Part shown: piece by piece, positions 1 to 7,735 of the stretch
Position numbering within the stretch: position 1 is the stretch's first letter
How the letters are laid out: each line of letters starts with the position of its first letter
Assembly: GCA_039807745.1 (NCBI GenBank)
Contig: JBDHRV010000003.1
Coordinates: 1 to 62,390, forward strand
Origin: Burkholderiales bacterium
GTDB taxonomy: Bacteria > Pseudomonadota > Gammaproteobacteria > Burkholderiales > JAEUMW01
DNA length: 62,390 bases
Direction: 5' to 3'
Made by a program: the position numbers and the translations under genes
Notes under the pieces: model-generated
What the model was told of the DNA's origin: nothing
The model's input: the letters and a program-made list of their open reading frames with translations, nothing else
The model's database searches: none

Positions 1-77
1 TTCGGCGGCGAGCCCGACAAGCCGCGCGGCAAGCACTACGTCGAGCCACGAGGCTATGCCGCGCCACCCGGCACTGG
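1..77. repeat. Contig-end overlap, copy 1
   Basis: Exact 77-nt identity with 62314-62390 (ttcggcggcgagcccgac...ccggcactgg). Confidence 0.95.
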
Positions 78-243
78 GCCGACTGGCGAGACGTGCGGAA
101 CGTGCAAGTGGGCCGTGAACTACACGCGCTTTGCGAAGTGCCGCCATCCGCTGCGCAAATTCAAAAACACGCACGGCAAGGCGACGGATATTCGGATGAG
201 GTCGCCGGCGTGCAGCAAATGGGAAAAGGAACAGCGAGAATGA
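1..243 (+). CDS. Small Cys-rich zinc-ribbon-like protein, 3' part
   Basis: Frame 1 is open from nt 1 to TGA 241-243. Translation: FGGEPDKPRGKHYVEPRGYAAPPGTGPTGETCGTCKWAVNYTRFAKCRH...SPACSKWEKEQRE. Confidence 0.6.
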   Translation, partial: FGGEPDKPRGKHYVEPRGYAAPPGTGPTGETCGTCKWAVNYTRFAKCRHPLRKFKNTHGKATDIRMRSPACSKWEKEQRE

Positions 244-425
244 TCAAGATCAAGATCGAAGGTGCGAACGCCGCAATCGTCGGCAAGCTGATCGCGCAAT
301 CCCTACGTGACAGCGGCCTCAAAGTAAACCACTGGCACGGTGCTACGCCAGCAAGCATTGCTGGCTGTAGACGCGATGCAGCTCGCGAGGGCGCCGACAT
401 CAGCATCGTTTCGATGTCGAGGTAA
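240..425 (+). CDS. Hypothetical protein (61 aa)
   Basis: ATG 240 overlaps the upstream stop (ATGA). This is table ORF 93..425 trimmed to the coupled ATG (MIKIKIEGANAAIVG...). Confidence 0.5.
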   Translation: MIKIKIEGANAAIVGKLIAQSLRDSGLKVNHWHGATPASIAGCRRDAAREGADISIVSMSR

Positions 426-629
426 GTGATGAGTAGCCCTAGGGATGTGCGGAGTATGAGCAACCCCAACGATCCGGCGTATCCGACAGACCGCCGCATC
501 AGCGAAAACTACATGGATTTGGGCGGGTATGGCCGCCGCCGAGAAGTCATATTGAACCAAGGCGGCATGACCATCCGCCAGCGATTCGTGATGGCGGCGA
601 TGCAGGGGCTGTGCGCGAACAAAGATTAG
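426..629 (+). CDS. Hypothetical protein (67 aa)
   Basis: GTG 426 / ATG 429 lie directly after stop 423-425. The ORF is in the table. Confidence 0.5.
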   Translation: MMSSPRDVRSMSNPNDPAYPTDRRISENYMDLGGYGRRREVILNQGGMTIRQRFVMAAMQGLCANKD

Positions 630-662
630 GGAATTACACACTTAACTCCACCAAGGTGATTT

Positions 663-935
663 ATGTGCAATTACCAAGGCTATGAATTCGGCGCGTCCTA
701 CCCGGATTCGGTGTGCATCGACGGCAGGTTGTTCGATGCCGATCACTGCGACGACAAGGGCAACCTCTACGACAACGAGGAAGACATCCCATGCCCGATG
801 TGTCGGCGAGAGGACGCAATTCGCTGGCACGCCAGCAGGGGCATGATCGGGACGTACAAGGAGCGCATGAAGTCAGCGCGCTTGCTCGTGGCTGATATTC
901 ACCACAACCGGAAAACAGGGAATTTCCCGCTATGA
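663..935 (+). CDS. Hypothetical Cys-rich protein (90 aa)
   Basis: AAGGTGA lies upstream of ATG 663. It has Cys pairs (C..C...HC, CPMC). The local sequence is AT-richer. Confidence 0.55.
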   Translation: MCNYQGYEFGASYPDSVCIDGRLFDADHCDDKGNLYDNEEDIPCPMCRREDAIRWHASRGMIGTYKERMKSARLLVADIHHNRKTGNFPL

Positions 936-1282
936 GCGATTGCAGTCACACCATCTCCAGAGAGGAAGCGCAGCGTCTGCTGGCCGCTGCGGATGCGGCC
1001 AAGGCCGCACGCGCCGAGGCAATGCCGACTGAGCAGGATGCCCTGCGCCTGATGACCGACGCCTACAGGCGGCTCCATGAGCTGGGTTGGCGCGAGGCCA
1101 TGTACTGCCCGAAGGACGGCACCCCGTTCCAAGTGATCGAGGCTGGCTCATCCGGCATCCATGATTGCCACTACCACGGCGAATGGCCGAATGGCTGGTG
1201 GATCGCCAGTGCCGGTGATCTATGGCCTTCACATCCCGTCTTGTGGCGCCCAATACCTGACGACGGCAAGCATGGGAGTTAA
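932..1282 (+). CDS. Hypothetical protein (116 aa)
   Basis: ATGA overlap with the upstream gene. The composition looks coding. Confidence 0.55.
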   Translation: MSDCSHTISREEAQRLLAAADAAKAARAEAMPTEQDALRLMTDAYRRLHELGWREAMYCPKDGTPFQVIEAGSSGIHDCHYHGEWPNGWWIASAGDLWPSHPVLWRPIPDDGKHGS

Positions 1283-1394
1283 AGACATAAATCCCAAAGA
1301 TTATGCGCTGGCCGCTGACTGCATTGCCGTCGATGCCGCAAAAATCGCCGACGCCGCGCTGGCCGAGGAAGCAAGGACGAGGAGCAAGGCATGA
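1272..1394 (+). CDS. Possible small protein (40 aa)
   Basis: ATG 1272 lies in table ORF 1161..1394. It ends in an ATGA overlap with the next gene. Confidence 0.3.
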   Translation: MGVKDINPKDYALAADCIAVDAAKIADAALAEEARTRSKA

Positions 1395-1864
1395 GCTGCG
1401 CGGCTGACATCAGTTCATGCGGCCAGTACCGCTATACATTGCGCCGTAACCTGCCAAGCGCAAACAAAGAACTAAAACAAATTCTATGGGTAATGCTCAA
1501 TCCAAGCACAGCCGACGCCACGAACGATGACCCGACCATCCGTCGCTGCGTTGGATTCAGCACGGCCTGGGGTTTTGCTGAAATGGTAGTCGTGAACCTG
1601 TACGCATATCGCGCCACCGATCCGAAAGCGCTGTGGAGTATTCCGGACCCGGTTGGCCCGGACAACGACGACTACATCCGCGAGTACGCAATGTGCAGCG
1701 ACATGACCCTGTGCGCGTGGGGGAAGGCTGGCCCCGATAGAGACCGGGCATTGCATGTGCGCGGCTTGATTCCAAATGCGCACTACCTGCGAATGAACAA
1801 GACCGGCCATCCTGGCCACCCACTCTATCTACCGAAAGGACTCGTGCCGAAGGAGTGGTCATGA
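1391..1864 (+). CDS. DUF1643-family protein (UDG-like fold family)
   Basis: Motifs YRYTL.R, LWVMLNPSTADATNDDPTIRRC, VVNLYAYRATDP, CAWG and GHPGHPLYLP match my memory of DUF1643. The segment is visibly AT-richer. Confidence 0.7.
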   Translation: MSCAADISSCGQYRYTLRRNLPSANKELKQILWVMLNPSTADATNDDPTIRRCVGFSTAWGFAEMVVVNLYAYRATDPKALWSIPDPVGPDNDDYIREYAMCSDMTLCAWGKAGPDRDRALHVRGLIPNAHYLRMNKTGHPGHPLYLPKGLVPKEWS

Positions 1865-2178
1865 GCACTTGGATACCAATATCAGAGCACTTACCGACGC
1901 GCGAGGATGCGGACGAGCGCGGCGAGGTTGTGTGGAGGTGGGCGGATGGGACCACATGCACCGGACGCTTCGAAGATAGCGGGGACGAGGACGATCCGGC
2001 CGTCGCATGGCTGCCCCTCCCCCGTTACACGCCGCCGAAGCCGGGGCCGACGGATGAAGAATTAGATGCGCTGCTCAATCAACTTGCGAGCGCGCACGGC
2101 ACATCCTATCCACGGCGCATCGCGCGCGACTGGTTCGCCGAGGTGACGGCGCGGATTGAGAAGGAGAAGGCGAAATGA
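1861..2178 (+). CDS. DUF551-like protein
   Basis: ATG 1861 overlaps the upstream stop, and AGGAG lies at 1851-1855. The N-terminus is WIPISEHLPT. Confidence 0.55.
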   Translation: MSTWIPISEHLPTREDADERGEVVWRWADGTTCTGRFEDSGDEDDPAVAWLPLPRYTPPKPGPTDEELDALLNQLASAHGTSYPRRIARDWFAEVTARIEKEKAK

Positions 2179-2351
2179 GCTTCTGCATGCATACCGGCAA
2201 CATAACCTGTCCAAACTGCGCGCCACAGCGTGGGGAGTATCACTATTGGCCGTATGAGGCGCGCACAGTCGGTGCGCTGCCGGTGCCGCAACTCACCGAG
2301 GCCGACGTGCGCCGCATCGTGCGCGACGAGCTGGCGAAGGAGAGAGGGTGA
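2175..2351 (+). CDS. Small protein (58 aa), not in the ORF table
   Basis: I translated this by hand as MSFCMHTGNITCPNCAPQRGEYHYWPYE...LAKERG. It has ATGA overlaps at both ends. Confidence 0.5.
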   Translation: MSFCMHTGNITCPNCAPQRGEYHYWPYEARTVGALPVPQLTEADVRRIVRDELAKERG

Positions 2352-2590
2352 TGGTCGCCACAGTACGACGCATCGCACGCCGTCCTTGGTCGATCACCGC
2401 ACAGAACGGGGACCACTTCGAGTTGAAGATCGGCAAGGACTACGAGACCACGCTCGAGCCCTACGACGACGGCTGCATCATCGTGTTTTCGCGCTACTGG
2501 CTGCGCGTGCCGCTGGACCGCTTTGAACTCGACGAGCCGCCACAGGTGATCCCGCGCTGGTGGCAACGACTGAGGGAGTGTCTGCCATGA
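2348..2590 (+). CDS. Hypothetical protein (80 aa)
   Basis: Table ORF with GTG 2348 / ATG 2351 coupled to the upstream stop. Confidence 0.55.
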   Translation: MMVATVRRIARRPWSITAQNGDHFELKIGKDYETTLEPYDDGCIIVFSRYWLRVPLDRFELDEPPQVIPRWWQRLRECLP

Positions 2591-2823
2591 CCTCCCACTT
2601 CCGCGCCCCGACGAGCGAGATGCCGACATGGGTACGCCTGCGACACGACCTTCGCCACCTTGTGCTTCTCGGTGACTACAGCGCAGAGGAAATGCTCGAT
2701 GTTCGCGAAGCCGAAGCCCTGCTCGAAGTGCTGCTCGACATCTGCCCGAATGCCTACGCGCTAGCGCACAATTTCCTGTTGGAACGGCAGAAGGCCGAGC
2801 ACATGAAGGGAGGAGGGAGTTGA
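2587..2823 (+). CDS. Hypothetical protein (78 aa)
   Basis: ATG 2587 overlaps stop 2588-2590. This is table ORF 2560..2823 trimmed. Confidence 0.55.
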   Translation: MTSHFRAPTSEMPTWVRLRHDLRHLVLLGDYSAEEMLDVREAEALLEVLLDICPNAYALAHNFLLERQKAEHMKGGGS

Positions 2824-3284
2824 GCACGCTGCCCTACGAAACCGCCACAAGCGGTGACCGCGCCTTGGTCGAAGTTCAGCGCACGCTGGCGAAGTTCGGC
2901 TGCCAGAGTTTCGGCACGATGATCGACGCCGAGCGCGGCGTGACGATTGTGCAGTTCAAGTGGCGCGAGCGGCAGATCAGTCTGGAAGCGAGCTGGAAGG
3001 GGTATGCGGCGGCTTGGCAGAAAGCTCATCCGTGGTCAACGTACCGCAGTCATAATCGAGCCGCCTACGACAAGAAGGCGCTGGACATAGGCCGGACTGC
3101 CGTGTGCTCGGTCCTGCGCGACTGGGTGAAGGGCCAGGTGACAGCCATTGAATGCGGAGTGATGTCGTTCGATGCAGCGTTCATGCCGCACATGCTGCTG
3201 CCGACGGGCGAGCGCCTGATCGACCGCGCGCAGGCCATGCTTCCGGCGCCGGAGAAACCAAAGGTCGTGGAGTTCAAGCCGTGA
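2820..3284 (+). CDS. Hypothetical protein (154 aa)
   Basis: TTG start preceded by GGAGGAGGGAG. Table ORF. Confidence 0.6.
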   Translation: MSTLPYETATSGDRALVEVQRTLAKFGCQSFGTMIDAERGVTIVQFKWRERQISLEASWKGYAAAWQKAHPWSTYRSHNRAAYDKKALDIGRTAVCSVLRDWVKGQVTAIECGVMSFDAAFMPHMLLPTGERLIDRAQAMLPAPEKPKVVEFKP

Positions 3285-3529
3285 CCACCTGCCCGCACTG
3301 TTCGGCAGAGTTTGAGCCACGCCGGGCCGATCAGGTCTACTGCAGTCCGAAATGCCGCATCGAGCACTACCACGCCACCCGAGGCGACGGAGCGCTACGT
3401 GGCGCGATTACAGCCGTTCGCAGGCTGAAAGGCGGGGCAGTATCGGTTACGACTCGTATGCCGCCAGAATCGGCGCAGAACGCGTTTCGGCTGATTCCCG
3501 GACAGACTGTCGAGGTGGTGGGATCGTGA
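3281..3529 (+). CDS. Small zinc-ribbon protein (82 aa)
   Basis: GTGA overlap at 3281-3284. Motif CPHC...CSPKC. Confidence 0.55.
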   Translation: MTTCPHCSAEFEPRRADQVYCSPKCRIEHYHATRGDGALRGAITAVRRLKGGAVSVTTRMPPESAQNAFRLIPGQTVEVVGS

Positions 3530-3885
3530 TGACGCTCACCCTGGCCGAAGCGGCCGAGATCGCGAAGTGCCACCCGGACACGCTGGCCGATCTGGCCCGT
3601 GCTGGCGAGGCACCGGGTACGAAAATTGGCCGATCGTGGGTATTCTCCGAGCGCCTGCTCGTCGAATGGATCGAAAAACGATGCCTCTCTACCGCCGAGA
3701 GGGCTCCCCGCACTGGTGGGTCCGGTTCTCCGTCGCTGGCCGCAAGGTTAGGAAGTCTGCGGGCACGGCGGATCGCGCGCTCGCGGAAGCGTTCGAGCGG
3801 CGCGAGTACGAGCGAGTGTTCCGGCTCCGCAAGCTCGGCGAACGTGGTGCCCATACGTTCGGCGAGGCATCCGCCCGCTGGTTAG
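3529..3885 (+). CDS. xis: Excisionase-family HTH DNA-binding protein
   Basis: MTLTLAEAAEIAKCHPDTLADLARAGEAPGTKIGRSWVFSERLLVEWIE matches the excisionase/MerR-type HTH pattern. It lies directly upstream of int. The Arg-rich C-terminal tail overlaps int and its true end is uncertain. Confidence 0.65.
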   Translation: MTLTLAEAAEIAKCHPDTLADLARAGEAPGTKIGRSWVFSERLLVEWIEKRCLSTAERAPRTGGSGSPSLAARLGSLRARRIARSRKRSSGASTSECSGSASSANVVPIRSARHPPAG

Positions 3886-4790
3886 ACGAGACGCGCAAGC
3901 GCAGCCTCGCCAAAGACGAGGCGATCCTCGCCTGGTTCGATGAGCACCTGCGCAATGAGCCGCTGGACGGGATTGATCGCGACGCGATTGACGAGCTGCG
4001 CGGGCTGCTCGCGGATGAAGGGCGCGCGCTCGCAACAGTCGATCGCTACATGGCCTTGCTACGCGCGATCCTGCGCAAAGCGCATCGCGAGTGGCGTTGG
4101 CTCGACGCCTTGCCCGCCGTGCCGATGCATCGCCCGGAGTTGACGGAGCCGCGCTTTCTCACGCGAGAAGAGTTCGCCCTGCTGCGCGCAGAGCTGCCGC
4201 CGCACTTGCAACTCGCGGCTGATGTGGCCGTGCGCACCGGGCTGCGCATGCGCTCGATGCTGGCGCTCACCTGGGATCGCGTGGATCTGAAAGCTCGGCG
4301 CGCGTGGGTGCCGGGCGCGCAGATGAAGGCCGGCCGCAGCCACGGCATACCGCTGTCGCGTGAGGTGTGCCGGATTCTCAAGCGCGCGCGCGGCGAGAAC
4401 CCGCACGTATTCACTTTCGAGGGCGCGGCAATCGGTGACTGCAATACAGCCGCGTTCAAGAAGGCAATAGAGCGAGCCGGGATCGGGCCACTGCGCTGGC
4501 ACGACCTGCGTCACACGTGGGCGTCGTGGGCCGTGCAGAGCGGGGTCACGCTGCAGGAGCTGATGGAACTCGGCGGGTGGAAGAGCTACGCGATGGTGCT
4601 GAGATACGCACACCTAGCCCCGGATCACTTGGCTGCGGCCGCTGAAAAAGTGCGCGCTCGGGTACAAACCGGGCACAGCGGAAAACGAGCGAAGCGCGTA
4701 AGTGCCGGAAAACATGGTGGAAAGGGAGGGACTCGAACCCTCGACCCCGGCATTATGAGTGCGGCACGGCTAAGAAAATCAGCAGCTTAG
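3681..4790 (+). CDS. int: Tyrosine integrase
   Basis: MPLYRREGSPHWWVRF start. Catalytic-type motifs RTGLRMRSML, HDLRHTWASW and LRYAH. The ORF reads through the tRNA-derived attP core. Confidence 0.9.
   Translation: MPLYRREGSPHWWVRFSVAGRKVRKSAGTADRALAEAFERREYERVFRLRKLGERGAHTFGEASARWLDETRKRSLAKDEAILAWFDEHLRNEPLDGIDRDAIDELRGLLADEGRALATVDRYMALLRAILRKAHREWRWLDALPAVPMHRPELTEPRFLTREEFALLRAELPPHLQLAADVAVRTGLRMRSMLALTWDRVDLKARRAWVPGAQMKAGRSHGIPLSREVCRILKRARGENPHVFTFEGAAIGDCNTAAFKKAIERAGIGPLRWHDLRHTWASWAVQSGVTLQELMELGGWKSYAMVLRYAHLAPDHLAAAAEKVRARVQTGHSGKRAKRVSAGKHGGKGGTRTLDPGIMSAARLRKSAA
4661..4678. repeat. Direct repeat flanking the attP core (GGTACAAACCGGGCACAG)
   Basis: 17 of 18 positions are identical with 4834-4851. 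A third GGGGCACA lies at 4802-4809. Confidence 0.7.
4715..4762 (-). other. attP core candidate: 3' portion of a tRNA-Met(CAT) gene, not a complete tRNA
   Basis: The reverse complement reads CTCATAA-TGCCG-GGGTC-GAGGG-TTCGAGT-CCCTC-CCTTTCC-A-CCA (anticodon loop, T-arm, acceptor 3' strand, CCA). There is no matching acceptor 5' strand or D-arm. Confidence 0.75.
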
Positions 4791-4833
4791 AAGCCGATAT
4801 CGGGGCACATTCGGCCATTTTCGGGGGTAGCGG

Positions 4834-4851
4834 GGTACAAACGGGGCACAG
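4834..4851. repeat. Direct repeat flanking the attP core (GGTACAAACGGGGCACAG)
   Basis: 17 of 18 positions are identical with 4661-4678. Confidence 0.7.
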
Positions 4852-4857
4852 TGATTT

Positions 4858-5103
4858 CTATCGAGCGCACTCAGTAACCTGTTTCTCGTATTCGAGGATC
4901 GCGCGGTGCTGCGCCTCGATCACGTCCTGAGCCGTGGACCCGTCAGGCAGCGTGACGGCGCGCAGTCGTTTGCAGGCGGCGGGCAGCGGCACGTGGACCG
5001 GCACCTCAACGATTTTCGTCGAGGGCACTACCGCCCGGCCGGCGCAGCCCGTCAAGGAACAGATCAGGTAGAGGCTGGCGCAGGCAATCGAAGCGCGTGT
5101 CAT
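4858..5103 (-). CDS. o-spanin (Rz1-like outer-membrane lipoprotein)
   Basis: The internal ATG 5103 gives MTRASIACASLYLICSLTGC with an LTGC lipobox. It overlaps the i-spanin 3' end in another frame. Confidence 0.7.
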   Translation of the reverse strand: MTRASIACASLYLICSLTGCAGRAVVPSTKIVEVPVHVPLPAACKRLRAVTLPDGSTAQDVIEAQHRAILEYEKQVTECAR

Positions 5104-5449
5104 TGACGGACTCCCGGATCTGGGCGAACTGCGGCGCGACGAGCCGGGCCACAGCAGCCGGTATCGCATCGACCGCGGCGGTGATCGACTGGTCGCGCGC
5201 GCGCAGCGCCTCGGCAGCCGCCTGCTGGCGGGCAGCCGCTTCGCGCTCGATCGCGGCGGACTGGTTCGCCAGCTCGGCGCGGAAGTCCGCGAGCTGCGCG
5301 CGCGCTTCGGCGACGTCGCCGCGCATGATCGCGCGCGTCGCCCAGGTCGCCGTCCCGGCGCCGGCGAGGAACGCGACGCCGGCGAGAATCAGGCACGGGC
5401 CTCGAAACGCTTTGAGCCAGGTCAGCGAGTTGGCGAGCCAGCCGATCAC
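5006..5449 (-). CDS. i-spanin (Rz-like)
   Basis: N-terminal TM segment (CLILAGVAFLAGAGTATWA) followed by an Ala/Gln/Glu/Arg-rich coiled-coil region. It is paired with an overlapping lipoprotein gene. Confidence 0.65.
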   Translation of the reverse strand: MIGWLANSLTWLKAFRGPCLILAGVAFLAGAGTATWATRAIMRGDVAEARAQLADFRAELANQSAAIEREAAARQQAAAEALRARDQSITAAVDAIPAAVARLVAPQFAQIRESVNDTRFDCLRQPLPDLFLDGLRRPGGSALDENR

Positions 5450-5919
5450 GTGGGCGCCTCTAAGGCCTCAAGCTCCGCCCTCAACTCAGCGATGCGTCGC
5501 CGGCGCCGCTCCTCTGCTTCGCGTGCGCGGGTGGCGCGAATCTCGATGAGCCATGCCTCCTGCAGATCGGGGTCCAGCGGCTCGCCGTTGAGCTCGCCGC
5601 CGCCATCCCAGATGAACTGGTTCAGCGGGAAGTGCGCGCGGCAGCCAACACAGAACGTGCCGGAGTAGAAGCGGGGATTGCGCGCATAGGTCTCGGCGAT
5701 CGCCAAACCCATATAAGTCTCCGCGCCGCACCCGATCTGGCGATCCGTCTCGCTCGGATAGGCATGGATGTAGGAGCGCCGCAGCGGCTTCACGAATCCC
5801 TTCGCACGTTCCTCTGGGCTGAGAACGACATAGCCCACTTGCTGGCCATCGGGCCTCAGTACTATGTGGCTGCCGTCCTCTGGCACCGGACTCCCGTCGG
5901 TCAACTCGCGGGCGCTCAT
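5446..5919 (-). CDS. Hypothetical Cys-containing protein (157 aa) coupled to the deformylase
   Basis: ATG 5919 overlaps the def stop (ATGA). Motifs GCG...C.GC, with an Arg/Glu-rich helical tail. Confidence 0.6.
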   Translation of the reverse strand: MSARELTDGSPVPEDGSHIVLRPDGQQVGYVVLSPEERAKGFVKPLRRSYIHAYPSETDRQIGCGAETYMGLAIAETYARNPRFYSGTFCVGCRAHFPLNQFIWDGGGELNGEPLDPDLQEAWLIEIRATRAREAEERRRRRIAELRAELEALEAPT

Positions 5920-6386
5920 CAGGCGACCGCCTTCTCGAGCAGGTCGATGAACAGGCGCCCGTCGAGATGGTCGATCTCGTGCTGGATCACCGCAGCCAGC
6001 AGGCCCGTGGCCTTCATGCGCTTCCACGTCCCATCGAGATCCCGGTAATCCACGACGATCCGCTTCGCGCGGGTCGTGTAGGCAACCGTTCGGCCTTCGT
6101 TGACCGACAGACAGCCGTCGCGCACGCGCTGCGTGTCGTCGGCCTGCACGATCCGCGGATTGACCATCACGTGCGGGTCGATCTGCGAGGGGCTCACGTC
6201 GACCACAATGAGGCAGCGCGGATCGCCCACCTGCACGGCCGCGAGGCCGATGCCGCGCGCGGCGTACATCGTCGCGAGCATGTTCTCGGCGAGCTCGCGC
6301 AGCGGTGCGCCGAACTCTGCCATCTGGCGGGAGACGCTGCGCAGCAACGGATGAGGGTGCTGCAGGATGTCCAGCACGCGACCCAT
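5919..6386 (-). CDS. def: Peptide deformylase
   Basis: All three PDF motifs are present: GIGLAAVQVG, DGCLS (a variant of EGCLS) and QHEIDHLDG. Confidence 0.85.
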   Translation of the reverse strand: MGRVLDILQHPHPLLRSVSRQMAEFGAPLRELAENMLATMYAARGIGLAAVQVGDPRCLIVVDVSPSQIDPHVMVNPRIVQADDTQRVRDGCLSVNEGRTVAYTTRAKRIVVDYRDLDGTWKRMKATGLLAAVIQHEIDHLDGRLFIDLLEKAVA

Positions 6387-6691
6387 CAGAGGATGCGCGC
6401 GCTCACCACCGGCGCCTCGAGCGGCGTGTCATCGGCGATGACGACCACCGCCGAGCCTGGCGCGCTGACCTCGCCGTTCGACGAGCGGGCGCGCAACTCG
6501 AACTGGTAGAGGCCGGGGTCGCTCACGTCGATGTCGATCGAGGTGGCCTCGGCAGCCGGCTCGGCGATGTCGGTGAAGTCCGGCGCGCCTTCGACGCGCA
6601 TGCTGAGCACGTAGCCGACGAGATCCCCAGCGGCGGCCGGCCGGCCGCTGGTGTGCTTCGTCGGTGCTTCCCATTCAACTCGGATCGTCAT
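6386..6691 (-). CDS. FN3-like single-domain protein (101 aa)
   Basis: The pattern VEWEAPTKHTSG...GYVLSMR...YQFELRARSSNGEVS resembles fibronectin type III. GAGGG RBS. Confidence 0.5.
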   Translation of the reverse strand: MTIRVEWEAPTKHTSGRPAAAGDLVGYVLSMRVEGAPDFTDIAEPAAEATSIDIDVSDPGLYQFELRARSSNGEVSAPGSAVVVIADDTPLEAPVVSARIL

Positions 6692-6766
6692 AGTGAGCCC
6701 TCACGTTGCGGGGCGCCTCGAGGACGCGCCCGATGAAAATTTCGACCAGCCACCACCACAGCGCCT

Positions 6767-7327
6767 TCAACTGCACGACGCCACGACCACCTGCGGCTTG
6801 ACCGAGCCGTACCACGTCACGGCGGCGCGCGGCACCGCGTAGAAGCCGTTGACTGTCTGCGTCGGGTCACAGGTCGTACCTGCCGGCACGGTGCCCACCG
6901 GCAGCAGCGCGATCCGGTCGAGCGTGCCGATCACCTGATAGACCACCAGGTCTCGCACGGTGAGGTCGCTCGGCGGATTCGGAGTCGGCGCCTCGAGCAC
7001 CTTGCTCACCGCATTGGTCGGCGCGCTCTCCTGGCTGTAGGTGTTGCGGGCATACACACGTGCGCACCACTTGCCGGGCGCGAGGTTCGTGACCGTGAAG
7101 GTCGCTGCGGGCGCGGCAACCACCTGCTCGCCAGCCTTCGTGCCGAAGTTGTTGCCGCTACACGTCCCCCACTCGACCCGCGTGCCGGTGAGCGAGCCGG
7201 GGCCGCTCGCCGGGATGTTGGTGTTGTCCGTGTTCTTCGTTGGATGGGTCCACGTCAGGACCATGTCCCCGGCGGCCGCAGGCAGCGACAGCAGGCAGGC
7301 GAACAGCGCGATCAGTAGGCGGTGCAT
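6767..7327 (-). CDS. Secreted FN3-like protein with signal peptide (186 aa)
   Basis: ATG 7327 (ATGA overlap) gives MHRLLIALFACLLSLPAAAG, then LTWTHPTKNTDNTNI...RVEWG...ARNTYSQES. Confidence 0.6.
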   Translation of the reverse strand: MHRLLIALFACLLSLPAAAGDMVLTWTHPTKNTDNTNIPASGPGSLTGTRVEWGTCSGNNFGTKAGEQVVAAPAATFTVTNLAPGKWCARVYARNTYSQESAPTNAVSKVLEAPTPNPPSDLTVRDLVVYQVIGTLDRIALLPVGTVPAGTTCDPTQTVNGFYAVPRAAVTWYGSVKPQVVVASCS

Positions 7328-7725
7328 CACAATCCCCTTTCTTTCTCCCGGCGCGCGCGATAGGCGCTCGCCGGCGGCGAGACGGAGCCGACGACGTGAT
7401 TGGTCTCGAGCCACGGCCACCAGCGCCGGACGGCCGAGCGAAAGCCGTGGTAAGCCAGCACCTGTGAGAGGCCGACGCCGATCTCGACCGGCCAGGTCAG
7501 CGCCTCACTCAGGAAGTGCGCGAAGGCCGTGGTCGCAGCGATCGCGAACGCGCGCACCGCGAAGTCGTAGGCCCGCGCGTCGTTGATCCAGTAGTACAGC
7601 GGGAACTTCACGAACTGCGCGAGCCCGCCACCGAACAGCCAGGCGAGCACGATCGTGAGCACCGGCCCCATCGTCGCAATCGCCGCGTCACCGGCGCCCA
7701 TCCATCGCAAGAGGTTGTCGAGCAT
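7327..7725 (-). CDS. Holin candidate (3 predicted TM segments, charged C-terminus)
   Basis: Hydrophobic segments PVLTIVLAWLFGGGLAQFV, AFAIAATTAFAHFL and VEIGVGLSQVLAY, with tail RARREKERGL. It is adjacent to the endolysin. Confidence 0.55.
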   Translation of the reverse strand: MLDNLLRWMGAGDAAIATMGPVLTIVLAWLFGGGLAQFVKFPLYYWINDARAYDFAVRAFAIAATTAFAHFLSEALTWPVEIGVGLSQVLAYHGFRSAVRRWWPWLETNHVVGSVSPPASAYRARREKERGL

Positions 7726-7735
7726 GGTCAGTCCC

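Noticed and set aside
3567-3680. N-terminal 38-aa extension of the integrase, and the similar long N-terminal extensions listed for many ORFs
   Set aside because: The extensions are Arg/Pro/Gly-rich and overlap upstream genes. Internal ATG or GTG starts that coincide with upstream stop codons (ATGA/GTGA) give natural N-termini.
4715-4790. A complete tRNA gene on the minus strand
   Set aside because: Only the anticodon loop to CCA portion is tRNA-like. The 76 nt ending at CCA have no acceptor 5' strand or D-arm, and the anticodon stem has a C-C mismatch. I interpret it as the attP core, not a functional tRNA.
6700-6721. Intrinsic terminator hairpin GGGCGC-N9-GCGCCC in the 75-nt gap
   Set aside because: It has a short 6-bp stem, a palindromic loop, and no downstream U-tract on the transcribed strand.
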